A DNA stretch of 64,000 bases. Origin: an uncultured Planctomycetia bacterium (GTDB lineage Bacteria > Omnitrophota > Gorgyraeia > CAYWPX01). The position numbers were made by a program, and so were the translations under genes. The stretch lies in NCBI GenBank assembly GCA_964460615.1, contig CAYWPX010000002.1, positions 135,220 through 199,219 on the forward strand. The letters are read 5' to 3'. Shown piece by piece: positions 38,140 to 47,486 of the stretch (positions are counted from its first letter, which is position 1; every line of letters begins with the position of its first letter). The notes below the pieces were generated by a model, which was not told where the DNA came from, searched no databases, and saw only the letters and a program-made list of their open reading frames with translations.

Positions 38140-39717
38140 ATGCCAAACCCGCCAAAAAAGTCCAGACAGTCCTGGGGTTCAAAATTTGGGATCATAATGG
38201 CTGTTGCCGGCAGCGCTGTAGGCCTGGGAAATTTCCTTAGGTTCCCTGTTCAGGCTGCCAATAACGGCGGGGGAGCATTTCTAATTCCTTACTTTATCGC
38301 TTTAGTCTTGCTTGGGATCCCGCTTATGTGGATAGAATGGACTGCCGGCAGGTTCGGAGGAGGGTTCGAGCATTCCACGGCACCCGGAATCTTTCATTCG
38401 ATGTGGCAAAAAAATCGTTTTGTAAAATATTTTGGCGTAATAGGCATTTTCGGGCCGTTGGTGATTTTTATCTATTATACATACATTGAATCATGGCTTC
38501 TTTCATATGCAATATTCACCATCAGCGGCAAGTATTCCGCAGCCTCGGACCAAAGCTCTATGCAAAGTTTCTTAAGGGGATATCAAGGCCTTGAGGTAAA
38601 TCGGTTCTTTAGCTCTATATGGCCTGCATTCATAGCCTTTATCATAACGTTCTCTATCAATATGTTCATAATATACCATGGGATAAAAGGAGGCATCGAA
38701 AAATTGAACAAGATAGCAATGCCTGTACTTTTATTCTTTGGAATAATCGTAGCTATCAGGGTGTTATCATTGGGTACGCCAAATCCAGCTAATCCGAACT
38801 GGAATCTTATTAACGGGCTGGGATTTTTATGGAACCCGGATTTCTCCGCGCTTTTAAGCGCGAAAGTCTGGTTTGCCGCCTCAGGGCAGGTACTATTCAC
38901 GCTTAGCGTCGGGATAGGTGTAATTTTAACTTATGCCAGCTATCTTTCAAAAGGGGATGATGTGGCTTTGTCCGGCCTAACCGCTTCCGGAGTCAATGAA
39001 TTCTCTGAGGTGATCCTGGGCGGAAGTATTGTCATACCAGCGGCATTTGTATTTTTCGGGCCGGAGGGAATAAAGGAAGTCGCTACAAGCGGAGCATTCA
39101 ATCTTGGTTTTGTCACTATGCCTCTCATCTTTCAGAAAATTGCTTTGGGGGCTTTTTTCGGAGGATTGTGGTTTTTATTGCTATTTTTGGCAGGTATAAC
39201 CTCCAGTATATCATTAGCTCAACCGGCTGTAGCCTTTTTGGAAGATGAATTCAATCTTACTAGAAAAAAAGCTGTATGTATATTAGGAGCTGTTGCTTTT
39301 TGTCTTTGCCTTCCGTCAATATTCTTCCTGAAAAACGGCGTATTGGACGAACTGGATTTCTGGGGAGGGACATTCTGTCTTATAGTATTCGCAACTATAG
39401 AAACCATACTTTTTGCGTGGGTTTTTGGCATCGAAAAGGCATGGCAAGAGATCCACTTTGGGGCAGAAATAAAAATACCAAATTTCTACAAATTCGTTAT
39501 TAAATATATAACTCCGTTATTCCTTTTTTTCATTCTTGGATTCTGGTTTTATCAAGAGGGCTTACCTACGATACTTATGAAAAATGTACCATTGGAAAAT
39601 AAACCATATGTCCTTGCAACACGTGTTGGGCTTATGGGGCTCTTTATAATACTCGGGATTTTAGTAAAATTATCCTGGCAAAAAAGAAAAAACATTAAAC
39701 GAATACACGTTTCGTAA
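38140..39717 (+). CDS. Sodium-dependent transporter, SNF/NSS family.
   Basis: SRQSWGSKFGIIMAVAGSAVGLGNFLRFP...GGGAFLIPY. Confidence 0.85.
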   Translation: MPNPPKKSRQSWGSKFGIIMAVAGSAVGLGNFLRFPVQAANNGGGAFLIPYFIALVLLGIPLMWIEWTAGRFGGGFEHSTAPGIFHSMWQKNRFVKYFGVIGIFGPLVIFIYYTYIESWLLSYAIFTISGKYSAASDQSSMQSFLRGYQGLEVNRFFSSIWPAFIAFIITFSINMFIIYHGIKGGIEKLNKIAMPVLLFFGIIVAIRVLSLGTPNPANPNWNLINGLGFLWNPDFSALLSAKVWFAASGQVLFTLSVGIGVILTYASYLSKGDDVALSGLTASGVNEFSEVILGGSIVIPAAFVFFGPEGIKEVATSGAFNLGFVTMPLIFQKIALGAFFGGLWFLLLFLAGITSSISLAQPAVAFLEDEFNLTRKKAVCILGAVAFCLCLPSIFFLKNGVLDELDFWGGTFCLIVFATIETILFAWVFGIEKAWQEIHFGAEIKIPNFYKFVIKYITPLFLFFILGFWFYQEGLPTILMKNVPLENKPYVLATRVGLMGLFIILGILVKLSWQKRKNIKRIHVS

Positions 39718-39761
39718 CATAGCGCAAAAATTTATTCAAGATTTATGCGCCTAATAAAAAA

Positions 39762-39788
39762 ACGGCGGTTTAGAAATTAAACCGCCGT
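39762..39788 (-). terminator. Intrinsic terminator hairpin ACGGCGGTTTA-GAAAT-TAAACCGCCGT with U-run on the minus strand.
   Basis: 11-bp perfect stem preceded on the plus strand by A7 (39755-39761). Sits between convergent genes. Confidence 0.7.
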
Positions 39789-39907
39789 AAAGGACTTCAA
39801 ATGAATATATATGGGTGGATCTTCCTTATTCTTTCCTGGTCATTGATTTTAGGCTTATGCATATTTTGTTTCAGGAAAGTATTTACATCGAAAGAGATCA
39901 AATAATG

Positions 39908-40255
39908 CTATTTTACTTCAAGAGCACCGCTCTTAAGGGTATCAACCTCTTTTGACAGCTTCTCAACTTCTGCATTCAAAGATAGCTTTTCATCGAGAAT
40001 TTTATCATACTCTTTTCTGAGAGCATCTTTTTCTCCTACTATCTTGTCGAGGTCATTTTTAGCCGAAATCTTTTCTTCCAAAATCTTGTCATACTCTTTT
40101 TTCAGGGCTTCCTGTTTGCCGATAGCTGCTTTTACCCTGACATCCAGAAGTTCCTTCTCTTCTTTAAGTTTATTATATTCCTTCTTCGGGACTCCGCACC
40201 CTGCGAAGGTAAAGCCAAAAATTACAAGTACTATTAAGGCTATTAATTTTTTCAT
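39908..40255 (-). CDS. Coiled-coil lipoprotein.
   Basis: The second ATG has a GGAG SD. MKKLIALIVLVIFGFTFAGC lipobox. The rest is K/E-rich heptads. Confidence 0.55.
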   Translation of the reverse strand: MKKLIALIVLVIFGFTFAGCGVPKKEYNKLKEEKELLDVRVKAAIGKQEALKKEYDKILEEKISAKNDLDKIVGEKDALRKEYDKILDEKLSLNAEVEKLSKEVDTLKSGALEVK

Positions 40256-40347
40256 ATTTTTCTCCATAAATTACCGCTGATCTTTAGCGGAATTTCGCTA
40301 TCAACTGCTTTATGCTTGAAGCGGGCTGCTTCAAGCAGCCGGCTTAT

Positions 40348-40878
40348 CTAATTAACCGTAACAGGAGCGGGAACCTGATTTAAATATTTTTCAAGTTCTC
40401 CCCATGTCTTTGGTCCGATCTTTCCGTCTACTTTGAGGCCTTTGGATTTCTGAAATTCCTCTACGGCCTTTTTTGACATCGGTCCGAATTTACCATCAAT
40501 GGCTCCGTTGTAAAAACCCGCGTTTTTTAGGGCTGTTTGAACTTTTTTATTCCATTCGATACCTTCACCAATTACTGCTGATGGCGTAATAGCATCTGAA
40601 GGCATTACAGGTAATAATTCCTCGCCCATGGTCATCGGAGGAGTTGCTTTATCTCTGGAAGGTGGCGGAAGCTGTGTGCCGGAGGGAGGAGGAATCATCT
40701 GAGTTTCATTGGCCGGCAAAGTTGGCATTGATGTGGCCGGTACTACCTGCTCTTCGGTGATTCCTTCTTCCTTAATTTCTAATTTACCCAATTTCTCTTC
40801 TTGTTGCTTCTGAGAGCAGCCGCTTATCGGCACTAACATAATTAAAGCAATAACAACTAACCAGGCAATACGTTTCAT
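40348..40878 (-). CDS. Lipoprotein with C-terminal peptidoglycan-binding domain (PG_binding_1).
   Basis: MKRIAWLVVIALIMLVPISGC lipobox. Pro-rich linker. ALKNAGFYNGAIDGKFGPMSKKAVEEFQKSKGLKVDGKIGPKTWGEL. Confidence 0.7.
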   Translation of the reverse strand: MKRIAWLVVIALIMLVPISGCSQKQQEEKLGKLEIKEEGITEEQVVPATSMPTLPANETQMIPPPSGTQLPPPSRDKATPPMTMGEELLPVMPSDAITPSAVIGEGIEWNKKVQTALKNAGFYNGAIDGKFGPMSKKAVEEFQKSKGLKVDGKIGPKTWGELEKYLNQVPAPVTVN

Positions 40879-41111
40879 AAATTTACTTCCGCCTTTCTTT
40901 TTAAGTTTGTCTCGGTTAATTACGAATTAACCGTTATTTATTACCCAAATTTATCAAAACACTTATAAACTTTTCTAAAATTTATATTAAACTTTTACCG
41001 AATAAAAACATCTGTTTTTTAAAAATGCCTACTTACAATTAAATTATAATCCCCCAGCATAAAAAGTCAATAAAAATCATGTTTTTGTTTCAGATAAAAC
41101 ATCGGACGGAA

Positions 41112-41516
41112 TTAAAATTTCACAGTCATAGCCCTTGGCGGACAAGCCCTAACACACAGTTCACAACCAACACATTTGGAAGGATCGAATTCTACCATAT
41201 TGTCTTTATCCCTAAAAAGCGCTTGGGTCGGGCATATTGATACGCATACGCCACAATGAGTACATCGCTTTTCATTCCTTGTAACATCCTGGCTAAGCGG
41301 TTGGACGCTGATGCCCAGATCGGTGAGATATTTGAGCCCTTTGGCATAATTCTCCTTCTTCCCGGAAAGTTCTATTATAAGGAGCCCTTCTTCTTTGGGA
41401 GTAATTTTTGCCTGGAGAATATTAAAAGCCAGATCAAACTCCTTAACCAGATTATAAATTATAGGTTTATCTACCAATGAATGGGGAAACTTAATAACGA
41501 TGCGTTTTGTAACCAT
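41112..41516 (-). CDS. NIL-domain / 4Fe-4S ferredoxin-domain protein.
   Basis: N-terminal NIL-like domain, then CTHCGVCVSICP and CVGCELCVRACP (two Cx2Cx2Cx3CP clusters). Confidence 0.75.
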   Translation of the reverse strand: MVTKRIVIKFPHSLVDKPIIYNLVKEFDLAFNILQAKITPKEEGLLIIELSGKKENYAKGLKYLTDLGISVQPLSQDVTRNEKRCTHCGVCVSICPTQALFRDKDNMVEFDPSKCVGCELCVRACPPRAMTVKF

Positions 41517-41621
41517 ATCGCGATCCTTTCGGCTTCCTACAATATACCATTATCTTTATATTTCAAAACATGTAACTTATAGCTTCGCTTGCCTTGCAAG
41601 CAGGCTTGTGGCAAATATTAA

Positions 41622-42347
41622 TCAAATCTTTACTATTTCAATATCCTTGCAAATAGCCATCTTATCGCCAATTATTATTAGAGCACCTATTATATCATCA
41701 ATTGATTTGGCTTTATTTATCGCTGCCTCAAGGTCTGTTTCAGATTTTACCATATTTCCTATCAGCGTTGCAAATGCATCGGCAATAGAAGCGTTTTTTG
41801 ATACTATAACAGTTGCATCACTGTTGCCAAAACTTAAAGACGGCCCTACTGAGCCGCTTGAAGTGCATATACCCAGAGACCCGGCTGAATTATTTTTGAC
41901 TTTCAAAGCTATTTTATCGGATAACGGAGAATTTCCGGCATAGACTCCAAAAAGCCTTTCACTTTTACTCTTAATAAAAATATCGCCACCATTTTCGACA
42001 ATCACTTCACTCGAATACGCTGATAGATCTTTTCCTATAAAATCCGCCATCGTTCCTGCTACTGATGCCATAGGCCCTACACCGGCAAGACGGCTTGAGC
42101 GTATCATCTCTTTTATTATACCGCTTTCGGCGCCTAAAGGGCTTAGCGGCAAAAGCGAGGTTTTGAATTCAGGCCTATTTTTTATGTATAATTCAAGCTC
42201 AAACCTGTATTTTAAAACTGCTTCTTTGGCTATTTTAGAGAGGTCACTATCAGCCATTATTAATAGGTCCGTCTCTTTTTCGGCTATTTTAAAAGATACC
42301 AGGCCCTTTGAAAACATTTTATCTCTGTAAGATCTTGCTTGATACAT
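41622..42347 (-). CDS. UPF0280 (COG2122, ApbE-superfamily-like) protein.
   Basis: 241 aa. RLAGVGPMASVAGTMADFIG...ENGGDIFI motif recalled for UPF0280 members. Confidence 0.45.
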   Translation of the reverse strand: MYQARSYRDKMFSKGLVSFKIAEKETDLLIMADSDLSKIAKEAVLKYRFELELYIKNRPEFKTSLLPLSPLGAESGIIKEMIRSSRLAGVGPMASVAGTMADFIGKDLSAYSSEVIVENGGDIFIKSKSERLFGVYAGNSPLSDKIALKVKNNSAGSLGICTSSGSVGPSLSFGNSDATVIVSKNASIADAFATLIGNMVKSETDLEAAINKAKSIDDIIGALIIIGDKMAICKDIEIVKI

Positions 42348-42387
42348 TTTGGCCTTAATTCTGATTTATCGGGTATGCTAGAGGAAA

Positions 42388-42957
42388 TTAAAAAAGAAAT
42401 ACCGCAACTGCTATAACAGTCGAATATCTTCCATCGGGATCTATAACCGTAGATTGGGTAACGTTAGTGGTTTTTACTATCTTATCCTGGAGCTGATAGA
42501 CGTCTCTGTTTTCATCCCAGCTTTTATCTTCATCAAATTCAATTCCGAGGGTGGTGCTTAACATAGCGGCCGCCAGATCTTCCGAAAAGTCCCCTGCTAC
42601 TTTTTCAGTCTCACCAAAAGCATGATGTTCGCTCAAATACCCGTAAGCATGGGGTTCGGCAGGGATTGCACACCCGACTGAAGCGGCAATAAGCCGGTGC
42701 GGCTCATTACTTGAGCACCTGGCCAAGACACAAAAGGTTATCATGCCCGCATTAAGCTCTTTCAGGCCTTCATTCCTTGATATAAGTTTGCATTCGGGCG
42801 GAACAATGCTTGAAACCGTAACAAGGTTGCATTTTTCAATACCCGCATCCCTAAGCGAAAGCTCAAAGCTCCTGAGTTCCTGTTTGTGGGTCCCGACTCC
42901 TTTTGTGAAAAACATTTTTTTCGGAACAAGAATTTTATGTTTTGAAGTAAGTATCAT
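42388..42957 (-). CDS. pdaD: Pyruvoyl-dependent arginine decarboxylase.
   Basis: [49 protein letters not shown] matches the archaeal-type PdaD N-terminus, including the VSS self-cleavage site. Confidence 0.75.
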   Translation of the reverse strand: MILTSKHKILVPKKMFFTKGVGTHKQELRSFELSLRDAGIEKCNLVTVSSIVPPECKLISRNEGLKELNAGMITFCVLARCSSNEPHRLIAASVGCAIPAEPHAYGYLSEHHAFGETEKVAGDFSEDLAAAMLSTTLGIEFDEDKSWDENRDVYQLQDKIVKTTNVTQSTVIDPDGRYSTVIAVAVFLF

Positions 42958-42961
42958 GTGG

Positions 42962-43873
42962 TTATCTCTTATTTTTTTTGTTCATAAAAATATATGTCAA
43001 TATCCTGTATATCAATTTGCTGGCTAAAAAATCGGGCGAAATGTTGTTCTCGTTCGGGCATAGTTCAACGACATCAAAACCTACTATATTTTTTCTTTCG
43101 CTTATCTCCAGGATCAGCTCCAAAAATGTATACCATCCCATGCCTCCGGGCTCCGGAGTCCCGACTGAAGGCATAATAGACGGATCAAATACATCCAAAT
43201 CAATCGTAAGATAAATATCGTCGGAAATCAGCGACTCATGGACCTTATTTATCCAATTAGGATTTTCAATAATGTCATATGTGGAAAAAGTTTTTATCTT
43301 CGATGTCGATAGAAATTCCTTTTCCTCTTTGGAAAGGCTTCTTACGCCAATTTCTACAATTGGGCATATTTCAGAAATACGCCTGGCAGCGCATGCATGA
43401 CTATGTTTATTACCATCATATTCATCCTTTAAATCATAATGCGCATCAAAATTTATAACCATCACATTTGGATATATCTCTTTTACCGCCCTCACCGCCC
43501 CGGAACTGATAGAATGTTCTCCGCCGATTACAACAGGAAATTTTCCTGACTTAAGGATCTCCAGCACCTCTTCATAGACTTTCTTCACCATATCTTCGGG
43601 CTTAAGATCATTTATAGAATCCAGGGATTCCATTGTATGTATACCGATCTTGAATGTCTCGGCGTTAAGCTCCTCATCGAATAATTCCATATGCGTTGAA
43701 GCATCAAGAATTGCTTTTGGCCCAAGACTGGTACCTTTTTTATAAGTAGTGGTAATATCATAAGGGACTGGCAGAATAGCAACTTTTGATTTTTCAAAAG
43801 ATGAATAATTGTCCTCGAGCCCAGCAAATTTTGCGGTAATCTTAGGGAGATCTTGAGTATTTTTTTCCATCAA
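42962..43873 (-). CDS. speB: Agmatinase (arginase/ureohydrolase family).
   Basis: [15 protein letters not shown] and [10 protein letters not shown] manganese-binding motifs. Confidence 0.8.
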   Translation of the reverse strand: MMEKNTQDLPKITAKFAGLEDNYSSFEKSKVAILPVPYDITTTYKKGTSLGPKAILDASTHMELFDEELNAETFKIGIHTMESLDSINDLKPEDMVKKVYEEVLEILKSGKFPVVIGGEHSISSGAVRAVKEIYPNVMVINFDAHYDLKDEYDGNKHSHACAARRISEICPIVEIGVRSLSKEEKEFLSTSKIKTFSTYDIIENPNWINKVHESLISDDIYLTIDLDVFDPSIMPSVGTPEPGGMGWYTFLELILEISERKNIVGFDVVELCPNENNISPDFLASKLIYRILTYIFMNKKNKR

Positions 43874-43892
43874 TAAGTCTGCCTTAAAATTT

Positions 43893-44933
43893 CTATATCC
43901 TTGTAATTTTGTCCTTCAGCTCAAAAAGGGCCTCAAAAATTCTGCCGACCGACCCATCGGGCTGGCTGCCTAAACCACAGCTCGGCGTAAGAAAACCTGA
44001 ATTAATGATCTTGTCTTTTGAGATACCTTTTTTTGATATCACGTCGATAAAATTTGCGAATACAGCTGTAAGCTTGTCAATATCCGTATTCTCCAAAACC
44101 TCTATCTGACTAGGAACAAGGCCAAAAGCCAGTATTCCCGAGTTGCTTAAAAATTTCTTCAGCTCTTCCGGGTATAAAGATATCGAATCAATAAAATTAT
44201 ATGCGTCAAAATTGATAATGTCAAGTTTGGTCTTAAGCAAAAGCCCCCAGTTAGTGTTGCCACAGCAGTGTATACCTGCTAAAGCGCCTTCGCCATGAAT
44301 AGCATCGACGATCTCATTTATATCCTGAGACACTTCTTCTTCTTTTATATTAACATAGCTTGATCCGATCGAAACAAGATACGGCTCATCAATAAATATA
44401 ATGACTTTTGGAAAAATCTTTTTCAGAATTCTTATTTGCCAGATGGCCTTCATGGCTAAAAATTTTACAAGCAGTTCTTTATATGTTTTATTATAATAAA
44501 GCGCTCTTTTATTTTCATCTGTAACGGTCAAACCAAAGCTTACAGGGCCTGTAATATGCCCTTTGACAAACTTCCAGCCTGACTTATCAAATTGTGCTGA
44601 TTGCCCGATAAATTCAAAAAGTCCAGAAGCATACTCTTTTGTCATCCCGAAATAATTCACATTAAAATCAATATATTCGCTAAGCGCTTTTTCGATTTCA
44701 TGGTCTATACCGCTGGTATTGACATAAATGGTCTTCTCTTTTTCGTTTATCACAACTCCGGGAAGATTTTCACTATACTGCGCATACATATGTTCTAAAA
44801 AAGATCTTTTTGGAAGTTGCGGCCAAAAAGGTACTTCGCAGAATTTTGACAAAATGAGCGAAACAGCATCCTTTTCATCTGTAAAAGGAAGGCTCCCAAT
44901 AGCCGTAATTGGAAATCTGGTTATTAATTTCAT
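43893..44933 (-). CDS. MetE-core (cobalamin-independent methionine synthase C-terminal-domain-like, UroD/MetE superfamily) protein, short form.
   Basis: IFIDEPYLV, IHCCGNTNW and TPSCGLGS correspond to the Zn-ligand motifs of MetE. About 345 aa from internal ATG (MKLITRFPITAIGSLPF). Confidence 0.55.
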   Translation of the reverse strand: MKLITRFPITAIGSLPFTDEKDAVSLILSKFCEVPFWPQLPKRSFLEHMYAQYSENLPGVVINEKEKTIYVNTSGIDHEIEKALSEYIDFNVNYFGMTKEYASGLFEFIGQSAQFDKSGWKFVKGHITGPVSFGLTVTDENKRALYYNKTYKELLVKFLAMKAIWQIRILKKIFPKVIIFIDEPYLVSIGSSYVNIKEEEVSQDINEIVDAIHGEGALAGIHCCGNTNWGLLLKTKLDIINFDAYNFIDSISLYPEELKKFLSNSGILAFGLVPSQIEVLENTDIDKLTAVFANFIDVISKKGISKDKIINSGFLTPSCGLGSQPDGSVGRIFEALFELKDKITRI

Positions 44934-45020
44934 ATATGCCTCAAAAAAACCAAAAAACAAAATTAACCGAAATTTTGATTCCTGATTTATCATTTTGGAT
45001 TCTGATGTTTGAATTATTAC

Positions 45021-47393
45021 TTACCCCATTATTATCTTAACTTTGCAGACTTTTTTATTCTTCTCGTATGAAATTACATTGAAATTCTGTTCTTTGCCGT
45101 CTACATACACCTTTTTAACGCCCCTTGAAACGCCCTTAGGGTTGTCAACTTCGATGTCATACATGACGCCTCTATGCAGTCTTTTGATCTTGAATTTCGC
45201 CCATTTCTTTGGGATACACGGATCTATGAGAAGCCCTCCTCTTGTAGGTCTGACGCCGCAGATCCATTCGGTGGATATCCTGAACATCCAGGCAGCCGAA
45301 CCGGTATACCAAGTCCATCCGCCTTTCCCAAAAAACGGAGATTCCGGCCCATCGGTATTGCCTGGCATTACATAAGGCTCTGCTTTATAATCATCCGGTT
45401 TGAGTCCTCTATTCGGAGGGATCATTTTTGAATACATACTGAATGCCTTTTCGCCGTTTGACATCTTGCATTCAGCGAGTATCCCCCAAGTAGCTGCATG
45501 AGAATAGACGCCGCCATTCTCCCTGGCTCCGGGGGCATATCGAGTGATATATCCTATCTTTCTATCAACTTTTGTAAATGATGGCGCCAATAAAAGCGGC
45601 CCGAAATCCTTATCAAGGAACTCTTCGACCGACTTTAAAGCGATCTCATTTCTATTATCAATACCAACATCATTTATTATAGACCATGTCTGAGTATTTA
45701 AGTATATTTTAAACTCCTCATTTTTGGAGCTTCCAAGCGGCGTACCGTCATCCTTGGTAGCGGCAATATACCACTTACCATCCCAAGCATATTTATTGAT
45801 AGCTTTTTTGAGCGCATCGGCTTTAGCTCTATATTTTTTCGCTAGAGCAAGATTTCTTCTTTTCTCTGCTATATTAGCAAATCTAAGGAGAATCCCATAT
45901 AAAAACTGTCCGAGCCATATCGATTCGCCTTTCCCTTCCAGCCCCACACAAGAAAGCCCGTCGTTCCAATCACCCCATAATATTAGAGGAAGCCCTCTTT
46001 TTGAAAATCTGGCAAAGACCCTTTCAATAGATGCTATACAATGGTTGTAAATAGAATCTTTTGGGCCGTCAAGATATTCTGTCTTTTCATCCAGGATCTT
46101 GGTATCGCCCGTCTCATCAATGTAATTTAATGTCACATATACAAGCCATAAAAGGTCATCCGTCATTTTTGTCACAAGTCCCCATTCAGTAAGCGTATGC
46201 CACCAATGGTAAACCGTGCCGTCTTTGAACTGATGTCTTGAGTGTAAAAGTATCTGTTTTTTGGTAAGTTCCGGCTTTAAAGGCAAAAAGACCTGGCTAT
46301 CCTGAAGCTGATCCCTGAAACCATAGGCCCCGCTTGTCTGATAAAAAGCGGATCTTGCCCAGATCCTTCCGGAGATCGCCTGGTATTTTAACCAGGTATT
46401 GGTCATAACATTAAAGGCATCGTCCGGGGTATCGACCTCTAACCCACAAAGAAGCTCATTCCAGAATTTTCTTACCTTATTAAGTTCTTTGTCCGCTTCT
46501 AAAGGATTTTTGTACTTTTGAATATACTTTGCGGCAATTTTTCTATCCTGGCTTTCACCAAGGACAAATATAACCGTTTTTTCTTTTCCGGCCGGCAATT
46601 TTATATCCGTAGCCAATGTTGCAATGGAATCATAAAATTTTCCGGTATCACCCTTGAGCTTCCCTGTTTCTAACGCAATAGGGTTTTTGGCTGAGCGATA
46701 CATCCCCAGGAAATTCTCTTTATCCCCTTCAAATTGCGCTGGATTTGGAGAAACCGAGTGGAACATATGGCAAGGCCATTCCGGCCAGTTCTTCGGATTC
46801 GGGTCTCTTGGTACATCCTGCCTTTTAAAAGCAAACATCGCCCCGAGCTTAGAATCATACTCTGTCTCCATAAATGTCTTCTGAAATTCCCTGTGAACAT
46901 CCGAATGGTTACCTAGGCAAAGCTCTATATAAGAATAAACGCTAAGATTCTTCTCTTTTTTAGAGGTATTTTTAATAGTAAGCTTCCAAACTTCCAGAGG
47001 TTCGTCTACAGGCACAAACATAGTGAGTTCTGTATCTACATCATTTATTGAGCTTGAGATCTTGGTATAGCCTATCCCATGCCTTACTTCGTATTTGTCA
47101 AAATTCGGGCAGACCGGTTTCCAGCCTACCGACCAGTACTTTTTCTTATCATTATCCCTGATATACAGGAACTTGCCCATCTCATCTTTAACAAGATCCG
47201 GAAACCAGGTATTTATCCTGCAGAGATTCGCATTGCCTCTCCAGCTAAAACCTGTTCCTGACTGGGAAATAGTAACTCCGTAATCGCCATTTGATATTAC
47301 ATTGATCCACGGCCTAGGCGTATCAGGACGCGTTATTACATATTCTTTACCGTCGTCGGTAAAGTACCCATATTTATTTTTTAATTTTGCCAC
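45021..47393 (-). CDS. Glycoside hydrolase family 94 phosphorylase (cellobiose/cellodextrin/chitobiose phosphorylase-like).
   Basis: 790 aa. N-terminus KYGYFTDDGKEYVITRPDTPRPWINVISNGDYG...EVRHGIGYTKI closely parallels cellobiose phosphorylase. Confidence 0.8.
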   Translation of the reverse strand: MAKLKNKYGYFTDDGKEYVITRPDTPRPWINVISNGDYGVTISQSGTGFSWRGNANLCRINTWFPDLVKDEMGKFLYIRDNDKKKYWSVGWKPVCPNFDKYEVRHGIGYTKISSSINDVDTELTMFVPVDEPLEVWKLTIKNTSKKEKNLSVYSYIELCLGNHSDVHREFQKTFMETEYDSKLGAMFAFKRQDVPRDPNPKNWPEWPCHMFHSVSPNPAQFEGDKENFLGMYRSAKNPIALETGKLKGDTGKFYDSIATLATDIKLPAGKEKTVIFVLGESQDRKIAAKYIQKYKNPLEADKELNKVRKFWNELLCGLEVDTPDDAFNVMTNTWLKYQAISGRIWARSAFYQTSGAYGFRDQLQDSQVFLPLKPELTKKQILLHSRHQFKDGTVYHWWHTLTEWGLVTKMTDDLLWLVYVTLNYIDETGDTKILDEKTEYLDGPKDSIYNHCIASIERVFARFSKRGLPLILWGDWNDGLSCVGLEGKGESIWLGQFLYGILLRFANIAEKRRNLALAKKYRAKADALKKAINKYAWDGKWYIAATKDDGTPLGSSKNEEFKIYLNTQTWSIINDVGIDNRNEIALKSVEEFLDKDFGPLLLAPSFTKVDRKIGYITRYAPGARENGGVYSHAATWGILAECKMSNGEKAFSMYSKMIPPNRGLKPDDYKAEPYVMPGNTDGPESPFFGKGGWTWYTGSAAWMFRISTEWICGVRPTRGGLLIDPCIPKKWAKFKIKRLHRGVMYDIEVDNPKGVSRGVKKVYVDGKEQNFNVISYEKNKKVCKVKIIMG

Positions 47394-47486
47394 TTGTTTT
47401 CCCCCTCTTGTAGAATAAGAAATCGGATGCCAGAAAATAGAATTCAGATTTTTTATCTGATTTCCCTGCCTGCTGGCAGGCAGGTG

